Below, piece by piece: positions 1 to 10,356 of a stretch of 41,192 nt of DNA. The notes under the pieces were generated by a model. The model saw only the letters and a program-made list of their open reading frames with translations. It was not told where the DNA came from and did no database searches. Origin of the DNA: a virus (taxonomy: Duplodnaviria; Heunggongvirae; Uroviricota; Caudoviricetes). The first letter of the stretch is position 1. Each line of letters opens with the position of its first letter. The stretch spans positions 64,001-105,192 of the IMG/VR virus record IMGVR_UViG_3300014047_000001, one strand, 5' to 3'. The translations under genes were made by a program, and so were the position numbers.

Positions 1-168
1 AAGGAAATATTAAAAAACAAAGGTATAGATTGGTATAAAATAGAATGTGAGTATACAAAAGAGTATGATAAAGAAAAAGTATTGAATATACCGACATTCT
101 TAAAATATGTAGACTATAATATTATATGTGGTATTGATATACCAGAATATAAATCAGAATATATGTAA
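1..168 (+). CDS. 3' end of hypothetical protein (partial)
   Basis: Frame 1 is open from the window edge to TAA at 166-168, 6 nt before the next ATG. Confidence 0.6.
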   Translation, partial: KEILKNKGIDWYKIECEYTKEYDKEKVLNIPTFLKYVDYNIICGIDIPEYKSEYM

Positions 169-174
169 TTAGTT

Positions 175-855
175 ATGCAAAAGTTATATTGTTTCAGCAG
201 AGAATCTTTTATATGTTATATGCAACGTATGGGATGGATTAATGATGTTCCAGATGGAGTGGCTGTTATATCTATAGATTCTGTTAATGAAACAAATAAT
301 CATTATTTTAAAGAATCTACCAAGAATGTATTGAATATAGACTGTTGTGATATATCACCAGAAATATATTGGAATAGGGATACATCCGTAGATATGTATG
401 ATAAACTTGAGCATGAATATATAGAATCTTTAAAAAATAATACACCTTATGATGATTCTGCATTCATTTATAATTATGGTCCTGCAAAGAATAATACTGC
501 TGTTTATCCATTAAATTATAAGCAAGCAGATGAAATTGTAAAATTCATAGAAGCACATAAAGATTGTGATTTCTATATTCATTGTGCAGCAGGTGTATCA
601 AGAAGTCAGGCGATTGTGCGTTATATACTTGATACATATTTTGATCATCAATGGAAAATAAGAAAAGAAAATCCTCCTATATGCCCGAATATACATGTAG
701 TTAGGATGTTAAAAAGAATGTTCCTTTACCATGAGAAAGAATTTTATCCAATGGATATTATCGAAGAAAAAAGCGGATATATCAACGCAAGCTGTTATGA
801 CACAGAAAAAATTAGAGAAATATCCGAAAGAATCAAGCTCAACATTATTTCATGA
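175..855 (+). CDS. Protein tyrosine/dual-specificity phosphatase-like protein
   Basis: Catalytic P-loop HCAAGVSRS (HCX5R). Confidence 0.8.
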   Translation: MQKLYCFSRESFICYMQRMGWINDVPDGVAVISIDSVNETNNHYFKESTKNVLNIDCCDISPEIYWNRDTSVDMYDKLEHEYIESLKNNTPYDDSAFIYNYGPAKNNTAVYPLNYKQADEIVKFIEAHKDCDFYIHCAAGVSRSQAIVRYILDTYFDHQWKIRKENPPICPNIHVVRMLKRMFLYHEKEFYPMDIIEEKSGYINASCYDTEKIREISERIKLNIIS

Positions 856-1102
856 AGATCATAATGATTTAATAAGTAGATCTGAGGCATTAAGGGAAAC
901 AGATAAGAAACGCAAAGAAATGTTAAATAAATGGGCTGAACAAAACAAAAAAGAAAAATTTGAATATATATTTAACGAAACAGTTAAAAAAATAAAAACG
1001 TTTCAATTAACAGATGAAATTAAGTCAGAACTTGAAGCACTTTGTAGAGAAATCTATAATACTGGTTACAGTAGAGGGGTTAAAGAGGGAATACTTGATT
1101 AA
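731..1102 (+). CDS. Hypothetical protein (start uncertain, probably downstream of 731)
   Basis: Its 3' part fills the gap between the phosphatase and ompA; its 5' part overlaps the upstream gene. Confidence 0.5.
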   Translation: MRKNFIQWILSKKKADISTQAVMTQKKLEKYPKESSSTLFHEDHNDLISRSEALRETDKKRKEMLNKWAEQNKKEKFEYIFNETVKKIKTFQLTDEIKSELEALCREIYNTGYSRGVKEGILD

Positions 1103-1147
1103 TCTATTTTAATTAATTAACAATAAAAACAATTTAATTTTAGAAAG

Positions 1148-2293
1148 ATGAAGAAATTTATTTTTACATTGGCAATCGCAATGATGGCCGTTATTAGTGT
1201 AAACGCTCAGACTGCTACTGAGGATTCAAAGGTATTGGATAATACTTATGTAGGTGTAGAAGCAGGTGTATCTACTCCTCTTAATTTTAACTCAATGTTT
1301 CCTGTAAATCCAGCAGTTGGTGTAAAGCTCGGTAAGGAGTTTACTCCTGTAATTGGACTTGAAGTTGAAGGCGTTGCAATTCTTGGCGATAACTTTTATC
1401 GTGATGGTGTAAACGGTTCTATTCCTGCAACTGGTGCATTTAATGTACATAAGGCTGGTTCTGTTAACACTTTTGTTAAGGCTACAAATGTTGGTTTGAA
1501 CGGTGTAATTAATTGGTCAAATCTTTTGCTTGGCTATCAGGGAACACCTCGTTTCTTTGAAGTAAAGACAAACACTGGTATTGGTTGGTTGCATTATTTT
1601 GGTCACATGCCAACAAATGTATTAGGTGCATGGATGCCAACAAGCAAGAAAAACGCATTGACAGCTAAGACTGCAGTAGATTTTGCATTTAACATTGGTA
1701 AGGAGAAAGCACACACAATTACAGTATCTCCGGGTGTATATTGGAATCTTAATGAAACCGGTGCAGTTCAGTTTAATAAGAATTTTGCACAGTTTGGTGT
1801 AATGGTTGGTTATACATACTACTTTAAGACTTCAAATGGTACACGTCATTTCAAGACTTATGATGTTGGCGCAATGACAGCAGAGATTGGCCATTTGAAT
1901 GATGAGCTTGCAAAGAAGCCTAAGGAAGTAGAGGTTATCAAGTATGTTGATCGTGTAGTTATCAATAACAACAATGCACCTGCAACAAATGCATTCGGTA
2001 ATGCAACTGGTTTTGGCGTAAGTGAAACCGTATACTTTGCATTCAATAGTGCAGAACTTGATGCTCGTGCAAAGGAAGCACTTGACAAGCTTGGTCATAA
2101 TGGTGTTTATGTAATTGACGCTTATGCTTCAAGTGAGGGTTCAACAGCATATAATCTTAAGCTTTCACAGCGCCGTGCAGATGCAGTTAAGGCATATCTT
2201 GAAAGCCGTGGTGCAAAGGTTGAATCAGCAACTGGTCATGGTGTTCAATTTGGAACAACTACTGGTCGTGTAGCAGTTGTTAAGCTTAAGTAA
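1148..2293 (+). CDS. ompA: OmpA-family outer membrane protein, Bacteroidota type
   Basis: Signal peptide ending VNA-Q, beta-barrel-like N domain, and a C-terminal OmpA domain (VYFAFNSAEL, YASSEGSTAYNLKLSQRRADAVKAYL). Confidence 0.85.
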   Translation: MKKFIFTLAIAMMAVISVNAQTATEDSKVLDNTYVGVEAGVSTPLNFNSMFPVNPAVGVKLGKEFTPVIGLEVEGVAILGDNFYRDGVNGSIPATGAFNVHKAGSVNTFVKATNVGLNGVINWSNLLLGYQGTPRFFEVKTNTGIGWLHYFGHMPTNVLGAWMPTSKKNALTAKTAVDFAFNIGKEKAHTITVSPGVYWNLNETGAVQFNKNFAQFGVMVGYTYYFKTSNGTRHFKTYDVGAMTAEIGHLNDELAKKPKEVEVIKYVDRVVINNNNAPATNAFGNATGFGVSETVYFAFNSAELDARAKEALDKLGHNGVYVIDAYASSEGSTAYNLKLSQRRADAVKAYLESRGAKVESATGHGVQFGTTTGRVAVVKLK

Positions 2294-2340
2294 GCATAGA
2301 GATCTTATTGAAGCCGACAAGATTTAATCTTGTGACAGTC

Positions 2341-2380
2341 AGGCATATCTTTCCTTTATGGATTGATATGCCTTTTTCTT
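2341..2380 (+). terminator. Rho-independent terminator after ompA
   Basis: Stem AGGCATATC...GATATGCCT followed by a T tract. Confidence 0.6.
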
Positions 2381-2413
2381 TTATATTAACATAACAAATA
2401 ATAAATTGATAGT

Positions 2414-2575
2414 ATGCATCCATTATTAGAAGCATTTTATACTTTAGTAGGAATATTAATTATATTCTTTTTATATTGTAGAATAATAGATATTTTTAAA
2501 TTAAAGAGAGATGTAGAAGAATTAAAAAATGAAATACAAAATATAAAAGAAAGCAATACAAAAATAACATACTAA
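2414..2575 (+). CDS. Small single-TM protein (53 aa), absent from the ORF track
   Basis: MHPLLEAFYTLVGILIIFFLYCRII..., then a coiled-coil-like tail; ends 4 nt before the next ATG. Confidence 0.6.
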   Translation: MHPLLEAFYTLVGILIIFFLYCRIIDIFKLKRDVEELKNEIQNIKESNTKITY

Positions 2576-2579
2576 TATA

Positions 2580-2801
2580 ATGACTATAAATGAAGCAATA
2601 GAACACTGTAAAGATGTAGCATTACATTGTGATAATAAAGAATGTGCTTATGAACACGTACAATTAATGGATTGGTTAAAAGAACTTAAATGTTTAAGAT
2701 TAGTTGTTGATAAGAAATATTTAGATGGCATTAAATTATTAAAAAATGCATATGGTCAAGATTATGACTATTACTTTGAAAAGAATTTAGGCGAGATTTG
2801 A
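2580..2801 (+). CDS. Small hypothetical protein, truncated paralog of 3847-4152
   Basis: Shares QLMDWLKELKCLRxVVDKKYLDGI with 3847-4152; homology resumes in frame after the TGA. Confidence 0.7.
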   Translation: MTINEAIEHCKDVALHCDNKECAYEHVQLMDWLKELKCLRLVVDKKYLDGIKLLKNAYGQDYDYYFEKNLGEI

Positions 2802-2931
2802 CTGAGAATGTTTGCTGAACCTAAGAGTATTAAACTAGCTGATGGATTTGGAATGAAACAGCTTAGACTCACTTACACACAAATCTAAGTAATAGAGAAA
2901 TATGTCAAAAGATATGTTGAATTTAAAATGA

Positions 2932-3354
2932 ATGAAAATGAAAAAAATGACAAATAAAGAAATAGCCAATGCATTGGCTATATTGAATGATGAAAATCTG
3001 TTATCGTTAGGGTTTAAAAATATCGGAAAAACTTGTGATAGATACGGAGGAATATGTTATAAATACAAAAACTTCAAAAATATTAGAATTATAGATTTTA
3101 TGGGCATTAGGAATCTTGAGCTCTATTTTGAAGCTTGTCCATTTGTTTCACCAGAAGACTTAATAGCAGAAGGTGTAAATGATGTATATAAACAATATAA
3201 AATCTACGATACAGTAAACGAATATGAAGGTTTTAAGATAGATATTCATTCAAATGAAGAACTTATTACAATCTGCGAAAAATGGGCAGTAGCAATAAAA
3301 TCTGCTGGCATTAAAAAAGCAAAACAACGTGAAGAATATTATAAAAATTTATAA
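2932..3354 (+). CDS. Hypothetical protein
   Basis: 140-aa ORF within a co-oriented gene run. Confidence 0.65.
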   Translation: MKMKKMTNKEIANALAILNDENLLSLGFKNIGKTCDRYGGICYKYKNFKNIRIIDFMGIRNLELYFEACPFVSPEDLIAEGVNDVYKQYKIYDTVNEYEGFKIDIHSNEELITICEKWAVAIKSAGIKKAKQREEYYKNL

Positions 3355-3358
3355 TAGT

Positions 3359-3823
3359 ATGACATTAGAAGAAGCAGTTAAACATTGTGAAAAACAAACA
3401 GAGAAACACTATGTGGATGGTTGTGGAATGGAATACAAACAACTCGCAGAGTGGCTTATAGAATTACAGCATTATAAAAATGTTTGGAAAACCCCATCTC
3501 AAAAGCCAAAAATGAATGAAATAGTATTAGTACAATTATATGGTCATAAAATGTATATTGGAAAATATTATATAGATCCCTATGAGAGTGGTAGAGAGGG
3601 AGTATTTTTAGAACCTAGTCAAGGCCTGATTTATTTAAAAAATGTAGATAGATGGGCTTATCCAAAGGAGGTGTTTCCATTCTCAAATAGTATGACTATT
3701 AAACTACAAGATTATAGTGATGGTAAATCTAAAAAATCAAGTGGAGATAATAGAGAATTTGAATCTCACAAGGCATGGGAAGAATCATTACTTATTGCAG
3801 ATAGAATTAGAGGATGTTTTTAA
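3359..3823 (+). CDS. Hypothetical protein with an MTLEEAxxHC..QLxxWLxEL N-terminal module
   Basis: ATG at 3359 avoids the overlap and aligns with the N-termini of the 2580 and 3847 paralogs. Confidence 0.7.
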   Translation: MTLEEAVKHCEKQTEKHYVDGCGMEYKQLAEWLIELQHYKNVWKTPSQKPKMNEIVLVQLYGHKMYIGKYYIDPYESGREGVFLEPSQGLIYLKNVDRWAYPKEVFPFSNSMTIKLQDYSDGKSKKSSGDNREFESHKAWEESLLIADRIRGCF

Positions 3824-3846
3824 TAGATTAATTATACTTTATTAAT

Positions 3847-4152
3847 ATGATATTAGAAGAAGCAATAAAACATTATAAAGAAAAAGCATTAGGTTGTTCA
3901 AATGAACAACGAGAATGTGCTTTAGAATACATTCAACTTATGGATTGGTTAAAAGAGTTGAAATGTCTACGTAAAGTCGTTGATAAAAAATATCTTGATG
4001 GCATAGCATTATTAAAGAAAGCATGGGGAAAGGATTATGATTATTACTTTGAAAAAGAACTTAGTAGAGATTTGACAGGGATGTTTGCAAAACCAAAATC
4101 AATAGGAGAATTAGCAGAAATATTCAAAGATGTAGAGCCGTGGAGATTCTAA
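3847..4152 (+). CDS. Small hypothetical protein, paralog of 2580
   Basis: Direct protein similarity to 2580-2801. Confidence 0.75.
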   Translation: MILEEAIKHYKEKALGCSNEQRECALEYIQLMDWLKELKCLRKVVDKKYLDGIALLKKAWGKDYDYYFEKELSRDLTGMFAKPKSIGELAEIFKDVEPWRF

Positions 4153-4240
4153 ATAAAGCCATATAAAGACTTTATTTAAAAAAGAAGTATACTTTATTAG
4201 ATTTATAGAATAAACGCGATATAGGCTAAATAAACGATAT

Positions 4241-5689
4241 ATGGGATTTGCATTTAATAGTATAAAAGATGATAAAGGTAAAGCTATTGTACAAACAGCA
4301 CGTAATTATCAAATAGAAGCAGATGTTACAAGGTTTGTAGAATATTATAATTCTGAAGAATATCAACAAGAACTCCGCGAATTCTTTGAACGACATGATT
4401 TAGATGGAGAACGTCGACGTTATAATCCAGAAGCTATAAATTCATTTGCAAGTTCTAGTGACAGGAAAAAATATCCGCGAAAAATTATTATATACTTAGA
4501 TGAATTCTATAAAGTATATTGCTATGGTGTTATTTTCATAATTAATCAGGAAGCACTTGATTTACTAACATTTCCTTTTGATTATGTAATGAATAATATT
4601 TCATTCTTAGGAGTGGATATTAAAAAACCTATTATGTGTTTACCACCAACTTTACATAAACTCTATTTTGAAGACTGTACTTTTGATGGAAATTATATAT
4701 TAAGCAATTTATCTGATTGCTTTATTGATGAATTGACTATTAGCAACTGTATAGGCATTGACACATTAAGAAATATAAAAGCAAATTCAACACATATATC
4801 ATCAACAGATATAAACAAAATTATTATACATCATAAATACAGTTTAAATCTTATAAAAGTAGATTCTCGTATTGATCAGGCAGAAGAGATGTTTATAGAT
4901 ATAGATGTTCCATATTTAGGAGACTTTCAAATTTATAATAAACATAATTTTCCAACGAGATTACATTGTAATTTTCATAATACAGCTTTATTAAGTGCGA
5001 CCTTTAATCAATTTATTATTTGTAATTGTAATAAGTGGACAACTACAAAAATACATGACTTAAAATTTAATGAATGTATATTTGAATCATTACGTGCATT
5101 TAATTTTAATATTATTGATTATGTTGTAAATTTAACATTTGAAAGATGTTTAATGAATAATAAATATTTTTCATCTGATAAATTATTATCACTTAAAGGA
5201 AAAATTGTATTACCAAAACATCTGTATAGTGTATATGTAAATACTCACTATGATGATTATAAAGATATAGGTTATATATTAGTTCGTAAATCCCATAATG
5301 ATTATCCTTTATGTATAAAATATGAAGGAGAAAATAATGATAATGAAGCATGTTGTTCTTATTGGGCAGATATTGAAGATAAATGTCAAAAACATAAGTA
5401 TGATTTTAAAAATACAGAGTTTTCTCCTTTTATAAGTTTTGATGAATATAAAGAAAATGGTATATTTATAGAAACTACAGGTCGTCGTAAGGGAATGTGG
5501 TTATATAGACCTGACGGAACTACTGCAAAAGTCCTTATACCGACACACGAAGGTAATAAATTAATAGGAGAAATTACTAATAGTGATAATTTATATAATG
5601 ATATTATGTCTTCATATTCTTGGTATTTTGTACGAGTATTTGCTAAAAACAATGGAGAGAAAGAAGAGTATAATATATATAAAAAATAA
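4241..5689 (+). CDS. Hypothetical protein, possibly a degenerate LRR/beta-solenoid
   Basis: 482-aa ORF with LxxLxFxxC-like periodicity; N-terminus MGFAFNSIK. Confidence 0.65.
   Translation: MGFAFNSIKDDKGKAIVQTARNYQIEADVTRFVEYYNSEEYQQELREFFERHDLDGERRRYNPEAINSFASSSDRKKYPRKIIIYLDEFYKVYCYGVIFIINQEALDLLTFPFDYVMNNISFLGVDIKKPIMCLPPTLHKLYFEDCTFDGNYILSNLSDCFIDELTISNCIGIDTLRNIKANSTHISSTDINKIIIHHKYSLNLIKVDSRIDQAEEMFIDIDVPYLGDFQIYNKHNFPTRLHCNFHNTALLSATFNQFIICNCNKWTTTKIHDLKFNECIFESLRAFNFNIIDYVVNLTFERCLMNNKYFSSDKLLSLKGKIVLPKHLYSVYVNTHYDDYKDIGYILVRKSHNDYPLCIKYEGENNDNEACCSYWADIEDKCQKHKYDFKNTEFSPFISFDEYKENGIFIETTGRRKGMWLYRPDGTTAKVLIPTHEGNKLIGEITNSDNLYNDIMSSYSWYFVRVFAKNNGEKEEYNIYKK
5646..5674 (+). promoter_or_regulatory. 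Candidate phage promoter AAAAC-N18-TATAAT upstream of recA
   Basis: Same spacing as the copies at 10302, 11541, 13628 and 24526. Confidence 0.45.
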
Positions 5690-5699
5690 AAGTAAACAA

Positions 5700-7004
5700 A
5701 TGGCAAAGAAGTAGAAAGAAGAGTTTTAGGGTGGAATTAGCTCATTGATGGGCTTAGTTAGCAGCTTTGATAAAGATTCAGAAATTATCGCATCTTCTTC
5801 ATATTCTAATATAGAGGATTGGATTTCTACCGGTAACTACATTTTGAATGCTTGTATGTCTGGCGATATTTATAAAGCAGTTCCTACTGGACGTGTAGTA
5901 ACATTTGCTGGTACATCTGGTGCAGGTAAGTCTTTCTTGGCTTGCTCTGTTTGTAGAGAAGCGTAGAAGAAGGGTTATATTCCTATATATCTTGATTCAG
6001 AAGGTGCTATCGATTCTGCCTTCGTAAAACGTCTTGGTGTTGATCCGAATAATATGATTATTCGTAAGGTTAATACTATTTTGGAAACAAGCCAGTTTAT
6101 TGCTGAGCTCTGTGATAAATTACAGGAGCAACAGGATAAAACTGGTCAGCATGATAAAGTCATTATCGTTCTTGACTCACTTGGAAACCTTACATCTGAT
6201 AAGGAGCGTGAAGATACAATAGCAGGTGCAGTAAAAGCAGATTTTACAAAGGCAAAAGATACAAAGGCAATGTTTCGTGTTTGTGCAACACCTATTGCTA
6301 AATTGCAAATTCCTTGGATTGTAGTAAACCATGTATATCAGTCTATGTCGTTTATTCCTCAGAATATTCAGGCAATGGGTTCTGGTATTGTTTATAATGC
6401 ATCTATTACTATTGAATTATCCGCAGCAAAGCTTGAAGATAAAGCAAATGATGCAGCAGCAAAGGCAAGAGCAGGTTCCGATGCTGGTACAAAGAATGGT
6501 GTATTGGTTACAGCGAAACCGGTAAAATCTCGTTTCTGTCGTCCAATGAAAGTTAAGTTTCAGATTCCTTATTATAAGAAACCGAATCCTTATGTAGGTT
6601 TGGAGCAGTTTATGACATGGGAAAATTCTGGTGTAGTTAGAGGTAACTTATTAGATCAGAAAGCATATGATAAACTATCAGATGCTGAAAAGAAGAAGAT
6701 TTATACGTTTGAATTTAATGGTGAAACAAAATATGTAGAACCTAAAGATACTGCACGTGGTATTGTTGTTAAGCATCTTGGTATGCAGGTTCCTGTAACA
6801 GAATTCTTTACAGAAACAGTATTCACTCCAGAATTCCTTGATTATATTAATACAAATGTAATTCATCCGATGTTTGATCTTCCCGATCAGTCTGCATTTG
6901 ATGATGTAGCAGAAATTGAGAATATGATTGAAGTTGGTGAGCAGGCAGATGAAGCAATAAAGGTTCCTGGTGAAGAATTCATGACACCCCCAACAGATGA
7001 TTAA
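5700..7004 (+). CDS. recA: RecA/UvsX-like recombinase (434 aa, 3 in-frame TAG=Gln)
   Basis: Walker A GTSGAGKS, YLDSE, Walker B IIVLDSL and VVNHVY. The two ORF fragments are in frame and joined through TAG at 5964-5966 (CREA-Q-KKG, the conserved RecA Gln). Confidence 0.9.
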
Positions 7005-7021
7005 AACTTACTGATATTATT

Positions 7022-7309
7022 ATGAGTTTAAGTAAAGGTGCTGATTTAATATTAGCAGAAAGAGAAAGACAAATATCAGAAGAAGGCTACAATAAAACAC
7101 ATGATTCATTTCATAATTATGAAGAATTTATTAAAGCAGCAATAAGTTATTCATTAAGCAGTATGAATAATGAAGATTTAAAAAGATCAGGTAATTTATG
7201 GTGGCCTTGGAGTATAGAATCGCATAAACCAAAAGACGTATTACAAAACTTAAAGAGAGCAGGCGCATTAATTGCTGCAGCAATAGATAGATATGAAGAG
7301 GGTACTTGA
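7022..7309 (+). CDS. Conserved phage hypothetical protein
   Basis: AERERQIxxEG...WWPW...KP...NLKRAGALIAAxIDR pattern, which I recall from other phage proteins. Confidence 0.7.
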   Translation: MSLSKGADLILAERERQISEEGYNKTHDSFHNYEEFIKAAISYSLSSMNNEDLKRSGNLWWPWSIESHKPKDVLQNLKRAGALIAAAIDRYEEGT

Positions 7310-7328
7310 TAGTATCCTCTTTTATTTT
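7297..7328 (+). terminator. Rho-independent terminator
   Basis: AGAGGGTACT-tgat-AGTATCCTCT followed by a T tract. Confidence 0.6.
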
Positions 7329-7341
7329 ATAAATATAAAAA
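7329..7341 (+). promoter_or_regulatory. Candidate late promoter ATAAATATAAAAA
   Basis: Identical 13-mer 13-15 nt upstream of four TAG-containing genes; here it includes the T4 late consensus TATAAATA. Confidence 0.55.
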
Positions 7342-7354
7342 TGAAATATCTTTG

Positions 7355-9049
7355 ATGAATAATCTTATTAAACATATAGTAGAAGCATTTGATTTTAATT
7401 CTGTTAATAAGTAGAAAAAGGTTGTAAATGCTTATGACATGGTATTATTCCCTATAATTAATAAAATCAAACATTATGAATCATTAACCAAAGATGAATA
7501 TAATCTATTAATTTCATATACAGGAATTTATAAAGTAACTTCTAAAAATGATTTAATAGGATTATTAAATTATGCTATTGATTAGTTTGGTAATCATTGT
7601 GATTTAAACTGGATTGACATAAGTGAAGTTACAGATCTTTCTGAATTGTTTTTTAGATCAAATTTTAATGGTGACATTAGTAAATGGAATACCGGTAATG
7701 TAACTGATATGTATAAAACATTTCAATAGGCAGAATTCAATGGAGATATATCTAAATGGGATACACATAATGTTATTGTTATGACAGAGATGTTCTGTAA
7801 TAATTCTAAATTTAATGGTGATATTAGCAAGTGGGATGTAAGTAAAGTGGCTTATATGAGGAATATGTTTTATAATTCATATTTTAATGGTGATATTAGC
7901 AATTGGAATGTATCTAATGTCAGAGATATGTGTGGAATGTTCTATAATTCTGAATTCAATGGAGATATTAGTAATTGGGACGTATCAAATGTTACAGATA
8001 TGAGTCAAATATTTTGGAGTTCTCCATTTATTGGAGACATTAGTAATTGGGATGTAAGTAGTGTTACTGATATGCAAAGTATGTTTAGAGATTCCTTTTT
8101 TAATGGAGATATTAGTAACTGGGATGTTTCTAATGTAACCAATATGGAATGTATGTTCAAAGATAATCATGCATTTAATGGAGATATTAGTAATTGGAAT
8201 GTAAGTAATGTAACTACTATGTATGCTATGTTTGCATTTTCTTCTTTTAATCAAGACATTAGCAAATGGGATGTATCTAATGTTACTATTATGTCAGAAA
8301 TGTTTGAATATTCAGAATTTAATCAAGATATTAGTAATTGGAATGTTAAAAGAGTAAAAAAGGCAAAAGGTATATTTAATTCCTGTAAAATAAAGGATTA
8401 GTATAAACCTACATTTATAACAAATGAAGCATTTGATTTTGATACAGTAGATAAATCAAAGAATAGAATTAATGCCCGCTCGCAAATACAGCAATATACA
8501 CTAAATAAATTTTTATCTGGTGAAAGATTAGCAGATGATGAAAAGGTTGTTATAAATAATCTTCCTGATAGATACTATGCTATTGATGATGAAACAGAAT
8601 TAAAGAACTTTATTGATAAATGTGTAAAGGTATTAGGAAAAAAGTGTAATTTAAACTGGATTGATATTTCCGGTATTGATGATATGTCTCGTATGTTTAT
8701 GTATTCTTCATTTAATGGAGATATTAGTCGCTGGGATGTTGCACATGTAATAAAGATGAATTACATGTTTTATAATTCTGAATTTAATGGAGATATTAGT
8801 AATTGGAATGTAGAATAGGTAGAAGATATGCATAGTATGTTTGAACTATCAGTATTTAATTAGCCCATTCCTAATTGGACATTCAGATGTATAAAAACAA
8901 CAAGAGATATGTTCAAACGCAGTCAATTTAATCAAGATATTTCTAAATGGAAATTAAGATATACAACATTTACAAAAAATATGTTCTTAGGATGTCATAT
9001 TAAAAAAGAATATATGCCCGATTTATCAAATACAAATAAACAATTTTAA
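7355..9049 (+). CDS. BspA/DUF285-type repeat protein with two tandem modules (564 aa, TAG=Gln)
   Basis: About 22-aa repeats [20 protein letters not shown]. The frame is open from 7355 to TAA at 9047 except for TAGs, and FN-TAG-PIPNW aligns with FNQDISNW. Confidence 0.85.
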
Positions 9050-9051
9050 TC

Positions 9052-9603
9052 ATGAATAATTACGTTAAAGAATTAGTTGAAAAACAATTAAATGAAAATT
9101 ATAATCTTTTAAATGAAGATTTTGGTAAACCATATCAAATGACAAATCCTGTGTCTATGCATGATTTTATAGAAGCATGGGATAAAGATGGAAAGATAGA
9201 TGGTATTAAAGTGAAGCCATATTGTCATGAAGAAATGATGAAAGAAATATTAGAAGATCGTGAAAAACATCCAAATGCTTATAAAGAAGGAGGTTGGGAT
9301 GGAACTCAATATTACTGTGTATTTGGTCGTTGGGATAAAGAGAATCCGTTTGTTTATGAAAAAACATGGGATTATGATGATAATATACTCGGTAATAAAA
9401 TTAATGGTTCACATGGTACGAAAGGCATTGGACATGCTTTCTATTATATATACAGATATGAGCATGGTTATTTAATAACAACCGGCCATTATCCATCAAA
9501 AGAAGAAGATTTACGTAAACCCGGTAAAGGATGCTATTATAACTGGTTACTGGTTATGGATGATCATGTTCAATCAATGTTGGATTTAGATATTACAAGA
9601 TAA
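9052..9603 (+). CDS. Hypothetical protein with an LNE-rich N-terminal leader
   Basis: 183-aa ORF starting MNNYVKELVEKQLNENYNLLNED. Confidence 0.7.
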   Translation: MNNYVKELVEKQLNENYNLLNEDFGKPYQMTNPVSMHDFIEAWDKDGKIDGIKVKPYCHEEMMKEILEDREKHPNAYKEGGWDGTQYYCVFGRWDKENPFVYEKTWDYDDNILGNKINGSHGTKGIGHAFYYIYRYEHGYLITTGHYPSKEEDLRKPGKGCYYNWLLVMDDHVQSMLDLDITR

Positions 9604-9606
9604 AAT

Positions 9607-9635
9607 AATAGGATAACTAATTTAGTTATCCTATT
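9607..9635. terminator. Hairpin between convergent genes (bidirectional terminator candidate)
   Basis: AATAGGATAACTAA-t-TTAGTTATCCTATT, 14-bp arms. Confidence 0.6.
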
Positions 9636-10267
9636 TCTTTTCCATCAGGTGTATATTTCTTATGTCCTGTTAAGAATATTTGATATATTGCACCTCGTTT
9701 ATTTTTTGATGGATCTATTGCAGCCATAAAAGTAAAATCATCAGAAACTCTTATATCGCCAACAAAATTCATTTCCTTTATTATATCTTCCCAAAGCTTT
9801 CTTACATCTTTTGGTAAATCTTTATAATAAATCTTATCTTCATTTGCTTTTTTCTTTCTGAATTTTTCTACCTATATATCTTTCCAGGAACCTAATAGCC
9901 AATTTGGGCCATATAAAACAGGATGTCTATATTCTAATGCAGGAATCATTTTACCTCTTACTTCTACTTCGCTATCATGGCAGAATTTATCAAGAGTATC
10001 ATTTATATCTTTTACCTGCTATTCATAGAATCTATCATTATTACCTATATACTATGCATAATTCTATTTACGTTTCTCTATAAATATATTTCTTATTTTT
10101 TCACAAGTATCTGTGAGAATATAATCTTTTAAATTTTTTGTTATCTGTAATGACTTGTTTTTATCATCAACAGAATCAAAATCAAATGCTTCATTAATAG
10201 CAGACTTTATTGATTTTGATATATCTCTAATAATTTTTTCGCAAACAATATCCTAAAAATTTTTCAT
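9626..10267 (-). CDS. Hypothetical protein (213 aa, 5 TAG=Gln), missed by the ORF track
   Basis: MKNFQDIVCEKIIRDISKSIKSAINEAFDFDSV...; no TAA/TGA until 9626-9628; fills an otherwise empty 640-nt gap. Confidence 0.8.
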
Positions 10268-10280
10268 TATCTAAAAAACA

Positions 10281-10293
10281 TTTTTATATTTAT
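10281..10293 (-). promoter_or_regulatory. Candidate late promoter ATAAATATAAAAA
   Basis: Minus-strand copy 13 nt upstream of ATG 10267. Confidence 0.55.
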
Positions 10294-10301
10294 TTGATAT
10301 A

Positions 10302-10330
10302 TAAACATTGCTAAGAATATAAAGTATAAT
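10302..10330 (+). promoter_or_regulatory. Candidate phage promoter TAAAC-N18-TATAAT
   Basis: Intergenic, upstream of the GMP reductase gene. Confidence 0.5.
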
Positions 10331-10356
10331 AATTGTATAAAAAATGTGATTTAATT

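Noticed and set aside
5700..7004. recA and other TAG-split genes as pseudogenes
   Set aside because: All interruptions are TAG, in frame and at Gln positions, and catalytic motifs are intact.
7660..8400. ~66-bp periodic repeats as a CRISPR array or ncRNA
   Set aside because: They encode DUF285/BspA protein repeats.
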